DNA of 49,851 bases from a virus (Duplodnaviria > Caudoviricetes). The stretch covers positions 1 to 49,851 of IMG/VR virus record IMGVR_UViG_3300025875_000041; one strand, given 5' to 3'. Position 1 is the stretch's first letter, and the number at the start of each line of letters is the position of its first letter. Below the pieces are notes generated by a model. It was not told the origin of the DNA. It did not search any database and worked only from the letters and a program-made list of their open reading frames with translations. This document shows, piece by piece, positions 35,875 through 44,443 of this stretch. Both the position numbers and the translations under genes were made by a program.

Positions 35875-36311
35875 TGGCCGACAGGTGGCGCGTGCAGGTG
35901 CGCGACAAGAAGAGCGGCGACGTCTTCGGCTGGAAGACGGTCGTGGACCGGCTGAACCGGCAGACCGCCGGAGAGACGGCCGAGTTCTACGCCCGCCGCT
36001 ACCCGGAGTGGACGCTGCGGCTCCTCGACGACACGACGGCTGAGGCCGTGCACCTGGGCCGCGACGGGAAGCCGCTAGAGACCGTCGGTGGCGGATGCGA
36101 GTGCTGGGTCACGCCGGAGAGCGAGTGGTTCCGCTACGGCAGCGCCGTCGAGCCCGGCTCGGCAGTCGAGCCGAACCCGGAGTGCCCCCAGCACGGGGGC
36201 TTCGCCGAGCCGGTCATGCGACGCGACGCCCGAACCTCGGAGCAGGTCCTCGCTGACCTCGCAGCCGATCGCTATGAGGCCTCGTTGGAGCGGGGAGGGT
36301 CCGATGTCTGA
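35874..36311 (+). CDS. Hypothetical protein
   Basis: 145 aa; TGATG overlap. Confidence 0.6.
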   Translation: MADRWRVQVRDKKSGDVFGWKTVVDRLNRQTAGETAEFYARRYPEWTLRLLDDTTAEAVHLGRDGKPLETVGGGCECWVTPESEWFRYGSAVEPGSAVEPNPECPQHGGFAEPVMRRDARTSEQVLADLAADRYEASLERGGSDV

Positions 36312-36480
36312 GCGTCGTCGCTGGCTAACGGACAAGCAGCTTGACCACGCAGACCGCATGCGAGCCGAACTCGTAGCCCGCCGGGAAGCGCACATCGCCA
36401 AGCACGGGCCGCACACCTGCACGCCTGACCCTAAGGACCCGTGGTCGACGTGCGACCTCGAGAAGGCGGTGGCGTCGTGA
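36304..36480 (+). CDS. Hypothetical protein
   Basis: GGAGGG RBS; 58 aa. Confidence 0.55.
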   Translation: MSERRRWLTDKQLDHADRMRAELVARREAHIAKHGPHTCTPDPKDPWSTCDLEKAVAS

Positions 36481-36662
36481 TGGCCGCGCTCCGAGAGGCG
36501 GTCGCCGACAGCGTGTTCCGCCGCGGCGAGTACGTCGACAACCTCGCCAACGACATCGAGCGGATGAGCCTCACCGCCGAGCAGGCGGTCGCGCACCTGC
36601 GGCTCGTTGCCCAGCTGCTCCGCGAGGAGAGCGACAAGGCGATGCAGGAGCGTGCCTCGTGA
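36480..36662 (+). CDS. Hypothetical protein
   Basis: Overlaps both neighbours; helical. Confidence 0.55.
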   Translation: MAALREAVADSVFRRGEYVDNLANDIERMSLTAEQAVAHLRLVAQLLREESDKAMQERAS

Positions 36663-36967
36663 GCGGGCGCATGGTCAGCGTGACGGAAGCGCGGAACCTG
36701 TCGTCGCTCGCCAAGCGCGACCAAATCCTGCACCCCGAGGTCGTAGTTCCCGACCTCGCCCACACGGTCGTTGTGCAGGCCGAGCAGATCGCCGCGCTTG
36801 GCGAGGCCATCAAGGACTTGTGCTGGAAGGCGACGCAGTACGGCGAAACGGCCGACGGCGACACCTTCGCGTACATCCTGCCGAAGGGAACCGTGCATCG
36901 GCTCATCGGCGCTGCGCAGTCCGCTGGCATACCTGCGGTCTTCCGTAACGCGGAGGTGGAGGCATGA
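36659..36967 (+). CDS. Hypothetical protein
   Basis: 102 aa; GTGA and ATGA overlaps. Confidence 0.6.
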   Translation: MSGRMVSVTEARNLSSLAKRDQILHPEVVVPDLAHTVVVQAEQIAALGEAIKDLCWKATQYGETADGDTFAYILPKGTVHRLIGAAQSAGIPAVFRNAEVEA

Positions 36968-37470
36968 GCCTCGTCGGATTCAAGGGCCAGAATCACCCGC
37001 AGCAGATCGGTAAGCGCGGCGCACTGGACGAAGTCGATGACCGGGGCACGCCGCCCGAGTTGTTCGACCCGCTGAACACTCTGCACCACTTCACCCTGGA
37101 CGTGGCGGCCGCGCCGCACAACGCCAAGTGCTCCACGTTTTACACCCGCAAGGACGACGGGCTTGCTCAGCCGTGGGCCGGGGCGGTCTGGTGCAACCCG
37201 CCGTACTCCGACCTGCTGGCTTGGGTCGGGAAAGCGTGGTCCGAGTGGTTCTCGGGTGCTCCCTCGCTGATCGTGATGCTGCTCCCCGCCAATCGACCTG
37301 AGCAGCGGTGGTGGCAGGAGTACGTCGAGCCGTTCCGCGACCAGGGTGGGCCGCTGTCCGTCCGCTTCCTCGCCGGTCGCCCGCGCTTCATCATGCCGGG
37401 TCAGACCGAGGTGCTGCCGAACCAGCGACCCCCGTTCGGGCTATGCACGCTCACCTGGACGCACTCGTGA
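36964..37470 (+). CDS. Phage DNA N6-adenine methyltransferase
   Basis: TPPELF, FTLDVAA, DGL-QPW, WCNPPYS, VMLLPA. Confidence 0.85.
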   Translation: MSLVGFKGQNHPQQIGKRGALDEVDDRGTPPELFDPLNTLHHFTLDVAAAPHNAKCSTFYTRKDDGLAQPWAGAVWCNPPYSDLLAWVGKAWSEWFSGAPSLIVMLLPANRPEQRWWQEYVEPFRDQGGPLSVRFLAGRPRFIMPGQTEVLPNQRPPFGLCTLTWTHS

Positions 37471-38336
37471 CCGCGCCGACGCTGCTCACGCAGCCCGAGC
37501 ACCACGGCCTCACCATCATGCGCAACGTCGAGCAGGGCACCGAGGATTGGCACAACCAGCGACGCGGCATGGTCACGGCGTCGGTTGTCGGCAGGCTGAT
37601 CTCGGTCGGCTACCTCGGAGCTGACGGCTACGACTGCCCCGAGTGCGGCGCTCAGTCGGGTCTGCCGTGCCTGAGCAAGGTCAAGAAGGCCGGCGAGTCC
37701 GGAGCACCGATCCGTACCTTTCACGGTGCCCGCACGGAGGTCGCGACCGGCAACCGCACGGACGCTGCCCAGGTCTTCGCGCCCGCCACAGGTGACGATG
37801 CGCGCGGGCTGACGCTGCTACTCGCAGCCGAGCGCATCACTGGACACACCGACCCGACCTACATGTCCGACGACATGTGGCGCGGCCAAGAGGACGAGCC
37901 GATCGCCCGCGAGGTCTACAGCCAGCACTTCGCACCCGTCTCGACAGTCGGCTTCATGGTCCGCACCGGTCCCGGCTTCACGATCGGCTACTCACCCGAC
38001 GGCCTGATCGGCGACGACGGTCTGATCGAGATCAAGTCGCGGCGGCAGAAGAAGCAGCTCGCCACGATCCTCGACGGCCAGATCCCCGCCGAGAACATGG
38101 CGCAGATGCAGTGCGGCCTCCTCGTCTCCGGCAGGGCGTGGTGCGACTACGTGTCCTACTGCGGCGGCATGCGGCTCTGGGTCCAGCGCGTGACGCCGGA
38201 CCCCCGATGGTTCGCGGCCATCACCGCTGCCGCTCAGGCATTCGAAGAAGCGGCCATCGAGATGGCCGCCACCTACCAAGAGGCAACCCAAGGGATGCCT
38301 GATACCGAACGACCCGACCTCGAAATGAGCATCTGA
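37467..38336 (+). CDS. YqaJ/lambda-type exonuclease with inserted zinc finger
   Basis: EQGT-DW..R-G.VTAS, SPDGL, IEIK, Q-Q-GL, WCDYVSY. Confidence 0.88.
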   Translation: MTAPTLLTQPEHHGLTIMRNVEQGTEDWHNQRRGMVTASVVGRLISVGYLGADGYDCPECGAQSGLPCLSKVKKAGESGAPIRTFHGARTEVATGNRTDAAQVFAPATGDDARGLTLLLAAERITGHTDPTYMSDDMWRGQEDEPIAREVYSQHFAPVSTVGFMVRTGPGFTIGYSPDGLIGDDGLIEIKSRRQKKQLATILDGQIPAENMAQMQCGLLVSGRAWCDYVSYCGGMRLWVQRVTPDPRWFAAITAAAQAFEEAAIEMAATYQEATQGMPDTERPDLEMSI

Positions 38337-38337
38337 G

Positions 38338-38541
38338 ATGGACCTTCGTGTAGACCTCATCCTTCGTGTTCAGAACGACCACTCGGCCTCCGCTTTTGGC
38401 ACTTCAAAGTCGCCGAAGGGCGAGCATTGGCGCTGCGCATGCGGCGAGTCCTATCAGGGCAAGGGCGCGTTAAGCAGCGGGCATCGCCATAGCGCCACCG
38501 AGATCCTGTCGGCGCTCGACGCGGCCGCGACGAACGCATGA
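38338..38541 (+). CDS. Small hypothetical protein
   Basis: 67 aa with CACG..H..H. Confidence 0.55.
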   Translation: MDLRVDLILRVQNDHSASAFGTSKSPKGEHWRCACGESYQGKGALSSGHRHSATEILSALDAAATNA

Positions 38542-39209
38542 CCGCGTTCGACATCTCCGACACGCTCGCGCCGAACTCCGATCAGCTCGACGCAGTGGAC
38601 CTGCTGGGCGGGCCGCAGACCTTCACCATCAGCAAGGTCAGCAAGGGCAACCCCGAGCAGCCCGTACAGATCCACCTGGCCGAGTTCGACCGGCCCTGGC
38701 GACCCGGCAAGAGCATGCGCCGCGTCATGGTCGCCTGCTGGGGCCCTGACGCCAACCAGTACGTCGGTCGCAGTGTCCGCCTGTGGTGCGACCCCAAGGT
38801 GGCGTTTGGCGGTCAGGACGTCGGAGGCGTTCGCATCCTCGCTCTGTCGCACATCGACAAGCCGAGAGGCATCCCGCTCCTCGTCTCTCGCGGCAAGAGC
38901 GCCATCTACAAGGTCGACGTCCTGAAGGTCGAAGCGCCGAAGACCTCGCCCACGGTGTCGCCCGAGCTGCTGGCCGACCTGTCCGCAACGTTCGAGCGCA
39001 AGGGCATCCCCGAGGAGGCGCGACTCACCGGCGTGCACCGCATCACCGGAGGTTCGCAGACCGGCCTCGAGGTCATCACCGAAGACGAGGTGCGCCAGGT
39101 GCTCAAGGCGCTGGAGTCGCGGCCCGATGTCGCACCCAAGCAGGCCGAGCAGCAGCCCGAGCCCGCCGACGACTGGCCTGCCGTGGCCCAGCCGGGCGGT
39201 GCCCAGTGA
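38538..39209 (+). CDS. Candidate ssDNA-binding/annealing protein
   Basis: Near the exonuclease; DQL-A-DL..WG..G..V-L..D..V-FGG..GG-RI; acidic C-terminal tail. Confidence 0.5.
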   Translation: MTAFDISDTLAPNSDQLDAVDLLGGPQTFTISKVSKGNPEQPVQIHLAEFDRPWRPGKSMRRVMVACWGPDANQYVGRSVRLWCDPKVAFGGQDVGGVRILALSHIDKPRGIPLLVSRGKSAIYKVDVLKVEAPKTSPTVSPELLADLSATFERKGIPEEARLTGVHRITGGSQTGLEVITEDEVRQVLKALESRPDVAPKQAEQQPEPADDWPAVAQPGGAQ

Positions 39210-39505
39210 CCGCGGTCGTCGCAGGCGCGCCCCACGCCTCCGGCCGTGTGGCTGGGGAGGGCGCGCGCCACCGCGCTCTCCCCAGCCTGCCCAGTGATCC
39301 GGTCAACCACCCCGCGCACTACACGAGCCACCCGAGCGGCGTGGAGTGCATCACCGTCGCCGAGCACTACGGCTTCAACATCGGCAACGCCATCAAGTAC
39401 CTGTGGCGCGCTGGCCTCAAGGGCGGCGCCATCGAAGACCTGAAGAAGGCCGCTTGGTACGTCAATCGCGAGATCGAGAAGCGCACCAAGGAGGACGAGC
39501 AGTGA
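39206..39505 (+). CDS. DUF3310-family protein
   Basis: DPVNHPAHY..ECI..GNAIKYLWRAG-K..EDLKKAAWY. Confidence 0.85.
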   Translation: MTAVVAGAPHASGRVAGEGARHRALPSLPSDPVNHPAHYTSHPSGVECITVAEHYGFNIGNAIKYLWRAGLKGGAIEDLKKAAWYVNREIEKRTKEDEQ

Positions 39506-40212
39506 CCGAGATCCAGTTCCGCAGTGACATGTCGGTCGAGACCACGCGCGTCGAGGGCGACGACCTCGACGTCGCCCGAGCAGCCTGGGTTAGCACAAAG
39601 GGTCAGCGAGCCGAGGACGAGGCGGACCGCGACCGCGCTACAGGGCTGATCAACATGCTGATGCGCGACCGACACGGCTCGCCCTTTGAGCAGGTCGGTC
39701 TGCAGTTCCTCGTCTCCGCGCCGATCTTCGTCTGGCGCGAGCACATGCGCCACCGCATCGCTTCCTACAACGAGATGAGCGGGCGCTACACCCAGCTCGC
39801 GCCGGTGTTCTACGAGCCCGCCGTCGACCGGGCGCTGGTCCAGCAGGGCAAGCCCGGGGCCTACTCGTTCGTCGCGGGCACGGAAGAGCAGCACGGCAAC
39901 GCAGTCTTCGCCATTCGGCACGCAGCCCGTACCGCGTACGGGCTGTACGAGGTCCTGCTCGCCCAGGACGTCGCCAAGGAGGTCGCTCGCATGACGCTTC
40001 CGGTGAGCATCTACTCGACCGCCTACGTCCGGATGAACCTCCGCGCGCTGATGAACTTCCTCAGCCTCCGCACCAAGAGCCCGAACGCCCGGTTCCCTTC
40101 GTTCCCCCAGCGCGAGATCGAGATGGTCGCCGAGCAGTACGAGCGGGCGATGGAGGACCACTTCCCGCTCGTCTGGTCAGCCTTCGTGCTCAACGGACGG
40201 GTGGCACCCTGA
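39502..40212 (+). CDS. thyX: FAD-dependent thymidylate synthase
   Basis: HGSPFE, RHRIASYNEMSGRY, KEVAR, NLRALMNFLSLR, Q-EI. Confidence 0.93.
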   Translation: MTEIQFRSDMSVETTRVEGDDLDVARAAWVSTKGQRAEDEADRDRATGLINMLMRDRHGSPFEQVGLQFLVSAPIFVWREHMRHRIASYNEMSGRYTQLAPVFYEPAVDRALVQQGKPGAYSFVAGTEEQHGNAVFAIRHAARTAYGLYEVLLAQDVAKEVARMTLPVSIYSTAYVRMNLRALMNFLSLRTKSPNARFPSFPQREIEMVAEQYERAMEDHFPLVWSAFVLNGRVAP

Positions 40213-40451
40213 TGGATCTCGTCAACCGCTCCGCCACCCCGAAGGACCGGACCGTCAGCGACGACGCGACCCGGCTGCAGATCGTCGAGCACCTGATCGA
40301 CGGGAAGACGATCCCGCAGATCGCCGAGCTCGTCGGCTACCACCGGACCCAGGTGCAGATGGTCGCCTGCGCGCACGGCTACCCGACGGCGAAGTACATG
40401 GAGCGGTCGCGGGACCTGCTGGCCGCGCGGGTTTCTAGCGAGGCGCCGTGA
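40212..40451 (+). CDS. HTH DNA-binding protein
   Basis: GKTIPQIAELVGYHRTQV. Confidence 0.65.
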   Translation: MDLVNRSATPKDRTVSDDATRLQIVEHLIDGKTIPQIAELVGYHRTQVQMVACAHGYPTAKYMERSRDLLAARVSSEAP

Positions 40452-40738
40452 GAGTCGTCGTCGCCAACCCACGCCCGTCGATTCCGGGCAGCCTCACAGA
40501 CCTCGTAGAGCGCGGTCGCGCTTCTGAGTGGGGTAGCACTCGGCGCCGAGCCGAAGAACTCGTCGCTGCCGTCCGTGCTCTTCGGGGAGCGCTCGAAGCG
40601 GACGGCAAGAAGCCTGCGAGGCCGAGCGAAGCCACGCACGAAAGGCAGTACGACAACCGCTGCGGCGCGATTGCCACTGACGGCCCTTGCCGTACGCCCG
40701 TGCACGCTGCGGGAGTGCATTGCTGGAGGCACCCATGA
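40448..40738 (+). CDS. Hypothetical protein
   Basis: C-terminal C..C..C..H; overlaps both neighbours. Confidence 0.5.
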   Translation: MRVVVANPRPSIPGSLTDLVERGRASEWGSTRRRAEELVAAVRALRGALEADGKKPARPSEATHERQYDNRCGAIATDGPCRTPVHAAGVHCWRHP

Positions 40739-41229
40739 GCACGATCCTCGCGATCGACCCAGGCGACCAGCAGTCCGCCTTCTGCCTCATCGACCGGGCG
40801 TCGCGCCGGCCGATCGAGTTCGCCAAGGTAGCGAACTCCGTCCTGCTGGAGCACCTCCGCACAAACACATGGGGCCAGGACGTCGCGGCCATCGAGATGA
40901 TCGCCTCCTACGGCATGGCCGTGGGCGCATACGTCTTCGAGACGTGCGTGTGGATCGGTCGCTTCGCCGAGGCCGTCGTCTACTCGCAGCACCTCGAGCC
41001 GGACCTGATCAAGCGCCAACCAGTCAAGCTCCACCATTGCCACAGCGCGAAGGCGAAGGACACCAACGTCCGCCAGGCCCTCATCGACCGCTTCGGCGCC
41101 GGCGCGAGCAACGGCGGCAAGGGCACGAGGGCCGACCCGGGCTGGTTCTACGGCTTCGCCGCGGACGTCTGGCAGAGCTACGCGCTGGCCGTCTTCGTGG
41201 CTGACCAGCAGGCCGGGGTCACGCCGTGA
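40735..41229 (+). CDS. RuvC-like Holliday junction resolvase
   Basis: ILAIDPG, AIE, K..D, D-W--YA motifs; GGAGG RBS. Confidence 0.72.
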   Translation: MSTILAIDPGDQQSAFCLIDRASRRPIEFAKVANSVLLEHLRTNTWGQDVAAIEMIASYGMAVGAYVFETCVWIGRFAEAVVYSQHLEPDLIKRQPVKLHHCHSAKAKDTNVRQALIDRFGAGASNGGKGTRADPGWFYGFAADVWQSYALAVFVADQQAGVTP

Positions 41230-41393
41230 GCGCCGCACGCCCAGTGCTCGTCATGACGGCTCACCCCGAGGGACCCGCAACGGTCGGACTCTGCCTGTGG
41301 CTCTCGTACTGCCGGGGCATCGGCGAAGTCGTCGCCCGGCACCGCACCGCCATCACGTCCGTGCAGCACGAGCCGGTGAGGCGGAACCCGTGA
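41226..41393 (+). CDS. Small hypothetical protein (not in ORF track)
   Basis: GTGA overlaps at both ends; 55 aa. Confidence 0.45.
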   Translation: MSAARPVLVMTAHPEGPATVGLCLWLSYCRGIGEVVARHRTAITSVQHEPVRRNP

Positions 41394-41734
41394 CCGCGAC
41401 CGAAGAGACGCGCCCCTACGTCTCGCAGCGCAGAGGTAAGGCGCCCGAGCGATCCGCTACCTACCAGATCGCCAGCCCCGGAGACTGGGCTGCGGACGGC
41501 AACTGCGTCGGCAGCGCGGAACCGGACATCTGGCACTCCGACGACAGCCACCGCGAGCGCGAGTCCGACTCCTACAACAGCGACGCCAACCTCGCCATTC
41601 GCATCTGCAAGACCTGCCCGGTACAGGTGGCTTGCCTCCAGTACGCACTCGAAGTTCCCCAGGCTGCCGACTGGGGCATCTGGGCCGGTACGACGGCCGC
41701 TGAGCGTCGCGTACTGCGCCGGAGGTCCGCATGA
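41390..41734 (+). CDS. whiB: WhiB-family transcription factor
   Basis: W...C..ICKTCPV..CLQYAL..GIWAG. Confidence 0.9.
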   Translation: MTATEETRPYVSQRRGKAPERSATYQIASPGDWAADGNCVGSAEPDIWHSDDSHRERESDSYNSDANLAIRICKTCPVQVACLQYALEVPQAADWGIWAGTTAAERRVLRRRSA

Positions 41735-41910
41735 CCGAGCGCGAGTACATCCTCGCCCGCCTCCAGGTCGAGCGGGAGCAGGCCATGGCCCGCTGGAACG
41801 TCGCCGGACCGTCGCACGCACGCGTCCAGCCCCGTGAGCCGCGTCGTCTCGTAGCCGCCGTGCAGGCCGAGCAGCGACGCCGTGAAGCCTGGCGAGGGAC
41901 CGCCGCATGA
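41731..41910 (+). CDS. Small hypothetical protein (not in ORF track)
   Basis: GGAGG RBS; ATGA overlaps; 59 aa. Confidence 0.55.
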   Translation: MTEREYILARLQVEREQAMARWNVAGPSHARVQPREPRRLVAAVQAEQRRREAWRGTAA

Positions 41911-42128
41911 CCACCGCAGAGCAGGCCGACCGGACCGCGCGCAACATCCTCGAGCTCGTCCAGGCACGCCGCCAGCTCGCCGCCGTGCGGGTGGTCGTCG
42001 ACCGCCTTCGGAGTAGCCCAGCACCGAGCGAGGGGTTCCGCCTCGACCTGGTGGTGGAAGACCTCGACGCCGCGCTCGCACATCAGCCCGCGCCCACGTC
42101 CTCCGACTCCCGAGAGGTCCCCGCCTGA
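41907..42128 (+). CDS. Hypothetical protein
   Basis: 73 aa; overlaps both neighbours. Confidence 0.55.
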   Translation: MTTAEQADRTARNILELVQARRQLAAVRVVVDRLRSSPAPSEGFRLDLVVEDLDAALAHQPAPTSSDSREVPA

Positions 42129-42553
42129 TGGCCCGCCGCATCCCCGACGGCTTCGTGCCGCTCCACACGAATTACCTGCGCGACCTCGCCATCCAGCGTG
42201 CTGGCGTCGAGGCCGAGCTGCTGTACATCCGGGGCCTGGCGCACTCGAAGGGCGGGAAGACCGATGGGTTCCTGTCGACGTTCGACCTGCCCGTGTTCGG
42301 CGTCCGGCTGAAGCGCGTCGAGGTCCTGGCCGCCGCTCTCGTGCGCGAGGGGCTGTGGGTCGAGGCCGAGGACGGGTGGCGCATCCGGTCGTGGACGAAG
42401 TGGAACGGGACGCCCGAGGAGATCGCCGAGCAGACGGCACGCCAGCAGGCCGCGGCGGTTCGGACGAACCACAACCGGTGGCACCAGGAGCAGACGAAGA
42501 ACGACTGCCCGCTGTGCCAGAGCGAGCCGCTGAGGTTGGTTGGTGCACGGTGA
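42128..42553 (+). CDS. Replication initiator-like protein, N-terminal domain
   Basis: LYIRGLAHS...TDGF...LVREGLW..GWRI-SW-KWN..NHNRWH..CPLC; iteron-like repeats nearby. Confidence 0.6.
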   Translation: MARRIPDGFVPLHTNYLRDLAIQRAGVEAELLYIRGLAHSKGGKTDGFLSTFDLPVFGVRLKRVEVLAAALVREGLWVEAEDGWRIRSWTKWNGTPEEIAEQTARQQAAAVRTNHNRWHQEQTKNDCPLCQSEPLRLVGAR

Positions 42554-42564
42554 ACGGAGACGAT

Positions 42565-42984
42565 ATGCCTGACCTCGACCCTGCCGTGATCATGGCGAAG
42601 CACTCGCCGGACGGATGGGCAGACGACGGACAGGGTTGGTGTCCCTCATGCGGCATGTTCATCGTCGGCCCGGGGTGCGAGGCCTACCGCTTGGCTGAGG
42701 CGCTGGCCGCCGAGCAAGCCAAGGTGGCGCGGGCGTGGGCCTGGTACCGCGACGAGTCCGGCCTCGTGGATGAAAGCGATCTCGCTGCCGCCCTCGCTGA
42801 CCAGCCCGAGCGGGGCAGCGGTGACCCTTTCACCTGCGTCTGCGTCGAGTGCGGCGCTGTGGTCACTGGACGCGGCGGTGATCCGATCGCGGTGCTTGAC
42901 GGATGGGTCTTCGACGGCAGCGCCTGGCGTTGCCCCGAGCACGCCGCTCGCGCTCGTACGCCCGAGCAGGAGCAGGGCCGGTGA
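42565..42984 (+). CDS. Hypothetical protein, paralog of 43704-43997
   Basis: GGAG RBS; shared MPDLxP, YRLAEALAAEQAKVAR and ALADQPE blocks. Confidence 0.7.
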   Translation: MPDLDPAVIMAKHSPDGWADDGQGWCPSCGMFIVGPGCEAYRLAEALAAEQAKVARAWAWYRDESGLVDESDLAAALADQPERGSGDPFTCVCVECGAVVTGRGGDPIAVLDGWVFDGSAWRCPEHAARARTPEQEQGR

Positions 42985-43220
42985 GCGGATCGCTACACCG
43001 ATCGCTAGAGCGTTCGCTACACCGATCGGTGGGGGTGATCGCTAGCGAATCGCAGAGCAAGAGCAAGAGCAAGAGCAAGAGCAAGAGCAAGATTCCGACC
43101 GACAAGTCGGGAGCACTGGTCCAGGTCTGTCTGTGGTTGATAGCTCTACTTCCGAATCCGAAATCGTTAGGTACCTACACGCGCGAGATGGCGACGCTCG
43201 GATTCGGGGTGACAAGATGA
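42981..43220 (+). CDS. Low-complexity ORF spanning the candidate origin
   Basis: GTGA and ATGA overlaps; SLHRSLERSLHRS and (SK)6. Confidence 0.45.
   Translation: MSGSLHRSLERSLHRSVGVIASESQSKSKSKSKSKSKIPTDKSGALVQVCLWLIALLPNPKSLGTYTREMATLGFGVTR
42988..43092 (+). repeat. Iteron-like repeats and (AGAGCA)6 tract; candidate replication origin
   Basis: TCGCTA at 42990, 43002, 43014, 43039; TCGCTACACCGATCG at 42990 and 43014; AGAGCA x6 at 43054-43089. Confidence 0.7.
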
Positions 43221-43711
43221 TCAACCACGACCAGGCCGCCCGCATCGCCGCCTCCATCACGATGCTCCGACCCGACTGGCCGCAGTCGCAGATCGTCACT
43301 CTCTGTGGCGAGCTCAAGCACTGGCCGCTGCTCGACCTCGCCGTCGGCCTGGCCTACATCGCCATCGACCGCAAGCCCGACGGCAGCTGGGCCAGCAAGA
43401 GCCCGTACCGCGTCAAGGAGCAGGGACCATGGCGAGCGATCGGCATCGTCGACCCCGAGCAGCAGGCCGCACGCGACCGTGGCCAGCGCGAACTGCAGGA
43501 GCGGCACGACCTCATCGCCACCCGAGCCCGCGCCATCCGCCTCTGCCCGATCTGCGACGACGAGGGACGGCTCGCCAACAGCCGCCTCTGCACCCACGAC
43601 GACCGGGCCACGCAGACCCGCAGCACCGGAGCCGCAGCCGCACGCCAAGCACTCGCCGATGCACGAGCAGCACGCCAGCAGACCCAGACCCAGGAGACCG
43701 CCGATGCCTGA
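43217..43711 (+). CDS. Replication-associated protein (initiator C-terminal-like)
   Basis: LRPDW N-terminus and CPICDDEG...CTH end. Confidence 0.55.
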   Translation: MINHDQAARIAASITMLRPDWPQSQIVTLCGELKHWPLLDLAVGLAYIAIDRKPDGSWASKSPYRVKEQGPWRAIGIVDPEQQAARDRGQRELQERHDLIATRARAIRLCPICDDEGRLANSRLCTHDDRATQTRSTGAAAARQALADARAARQQTQTQETADA

Positions 43712-43997
43712 CCTCAACCCCGCCGCCGTCATGGCCGCGCACGCTCGACACTTCGACGGATTCACACGCTGCATCGAGACCGTGCGCCTACGGCCGGAAG
43801 AGCACTGCGAGCCATATCGCCTGGCAGAGGCGCTGGCCGCCGAGCAGGCCAAGGTGGCGCGGGTCGAGCAGAGGCTCAACAACGCGGACGAACACGGCCT
43901 AGACGACGTTAGCGATGACTTCGCTGAGGGTTACTGGCTCATGCACGAGCAAGTCCGCGTGGCCCTCGCTGACCAGCCCGAGCAGGTGACCCGATGA
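43704..43997 (+). CDS. Hypothetical protein, paralog of 42565-42984
   Basis: AGGAG RBS; shared blocks as above. Confidence 0.7.
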   Translation: MPDLNPAAVMAAHARHFDGFTRCIETVRLRPEEHCEPYRLAEALAAEQAKVARVEQRLNNADEHGLDDVSDDFAEGYWLMHEQVRVALADQPEQVTR

Positions 43998-44443
43998 GCA
44001 CCCCGCCTGTGGACGTGGCCGCGATCCGAGCGGCGCTGGCAAAGGCGACCCCCGGGCCATGGGAGAGCGATCGGACGTTCTGGAAGATCGGCTCAAAGTA
44101 CCCGGGCATGGACCATTTCTGGCACGACATCCTCGCCGTGAGTGCTCGTCCGATCGGACGATTCGACGACTCGCTGCCGAACGGAACCGCCGACGCCGAG
44201 CTGATCGTCCTGCTCCGCAACAACGCCGAGGCGCTGCTGGACGCACTGGAGCGGGCTCAGGCGGCGAGCGAGGGCCTGGACATGCTGGTCGCTCAGGCCG
44301 AGCGGCGGGGCGCGACTGACGCGTGGAGCAAGGGGCTCGTCAGTGGCATTGGATTCGCAACCCGAATGCAGCGTGATCCGGAGACGTGGGAGCCAGTCAA
44401 CCCCTACCGCGACGCCATCGAGACCGGGAGCACCGACCTGTGA
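43994..44443 (+). CDS. Ead/Ea22-like protein
   Basis: KATPGPW ... DAELI..RN...LLDALE. Confidence 0.65.
   Translation: MSTPPVDVAAIRAALAKATPGPWESDRTFWKIGSKYPGMDHFWHDILAVSARPIGRFDDSLPNGTADAELIVLLRNNAEALLDALERAQAASEGLDMLVAQAERRGATDAWSKGLVSGIGFATRMQRDPETWEPVNPYRDAIETGSTDL

Noticed and set aside
36964-37470. Restriction-modification system
   Set aside because: The methyltransferase has no adjacent restriction enzyme; solitary phage methylases are common
42565-43997. Diversity-generating retroelement template/variable repeat pair
   Set aside because: No reverse transcriptase in the window; shared blocks are short and lack the many adenine-specific mismatches expected
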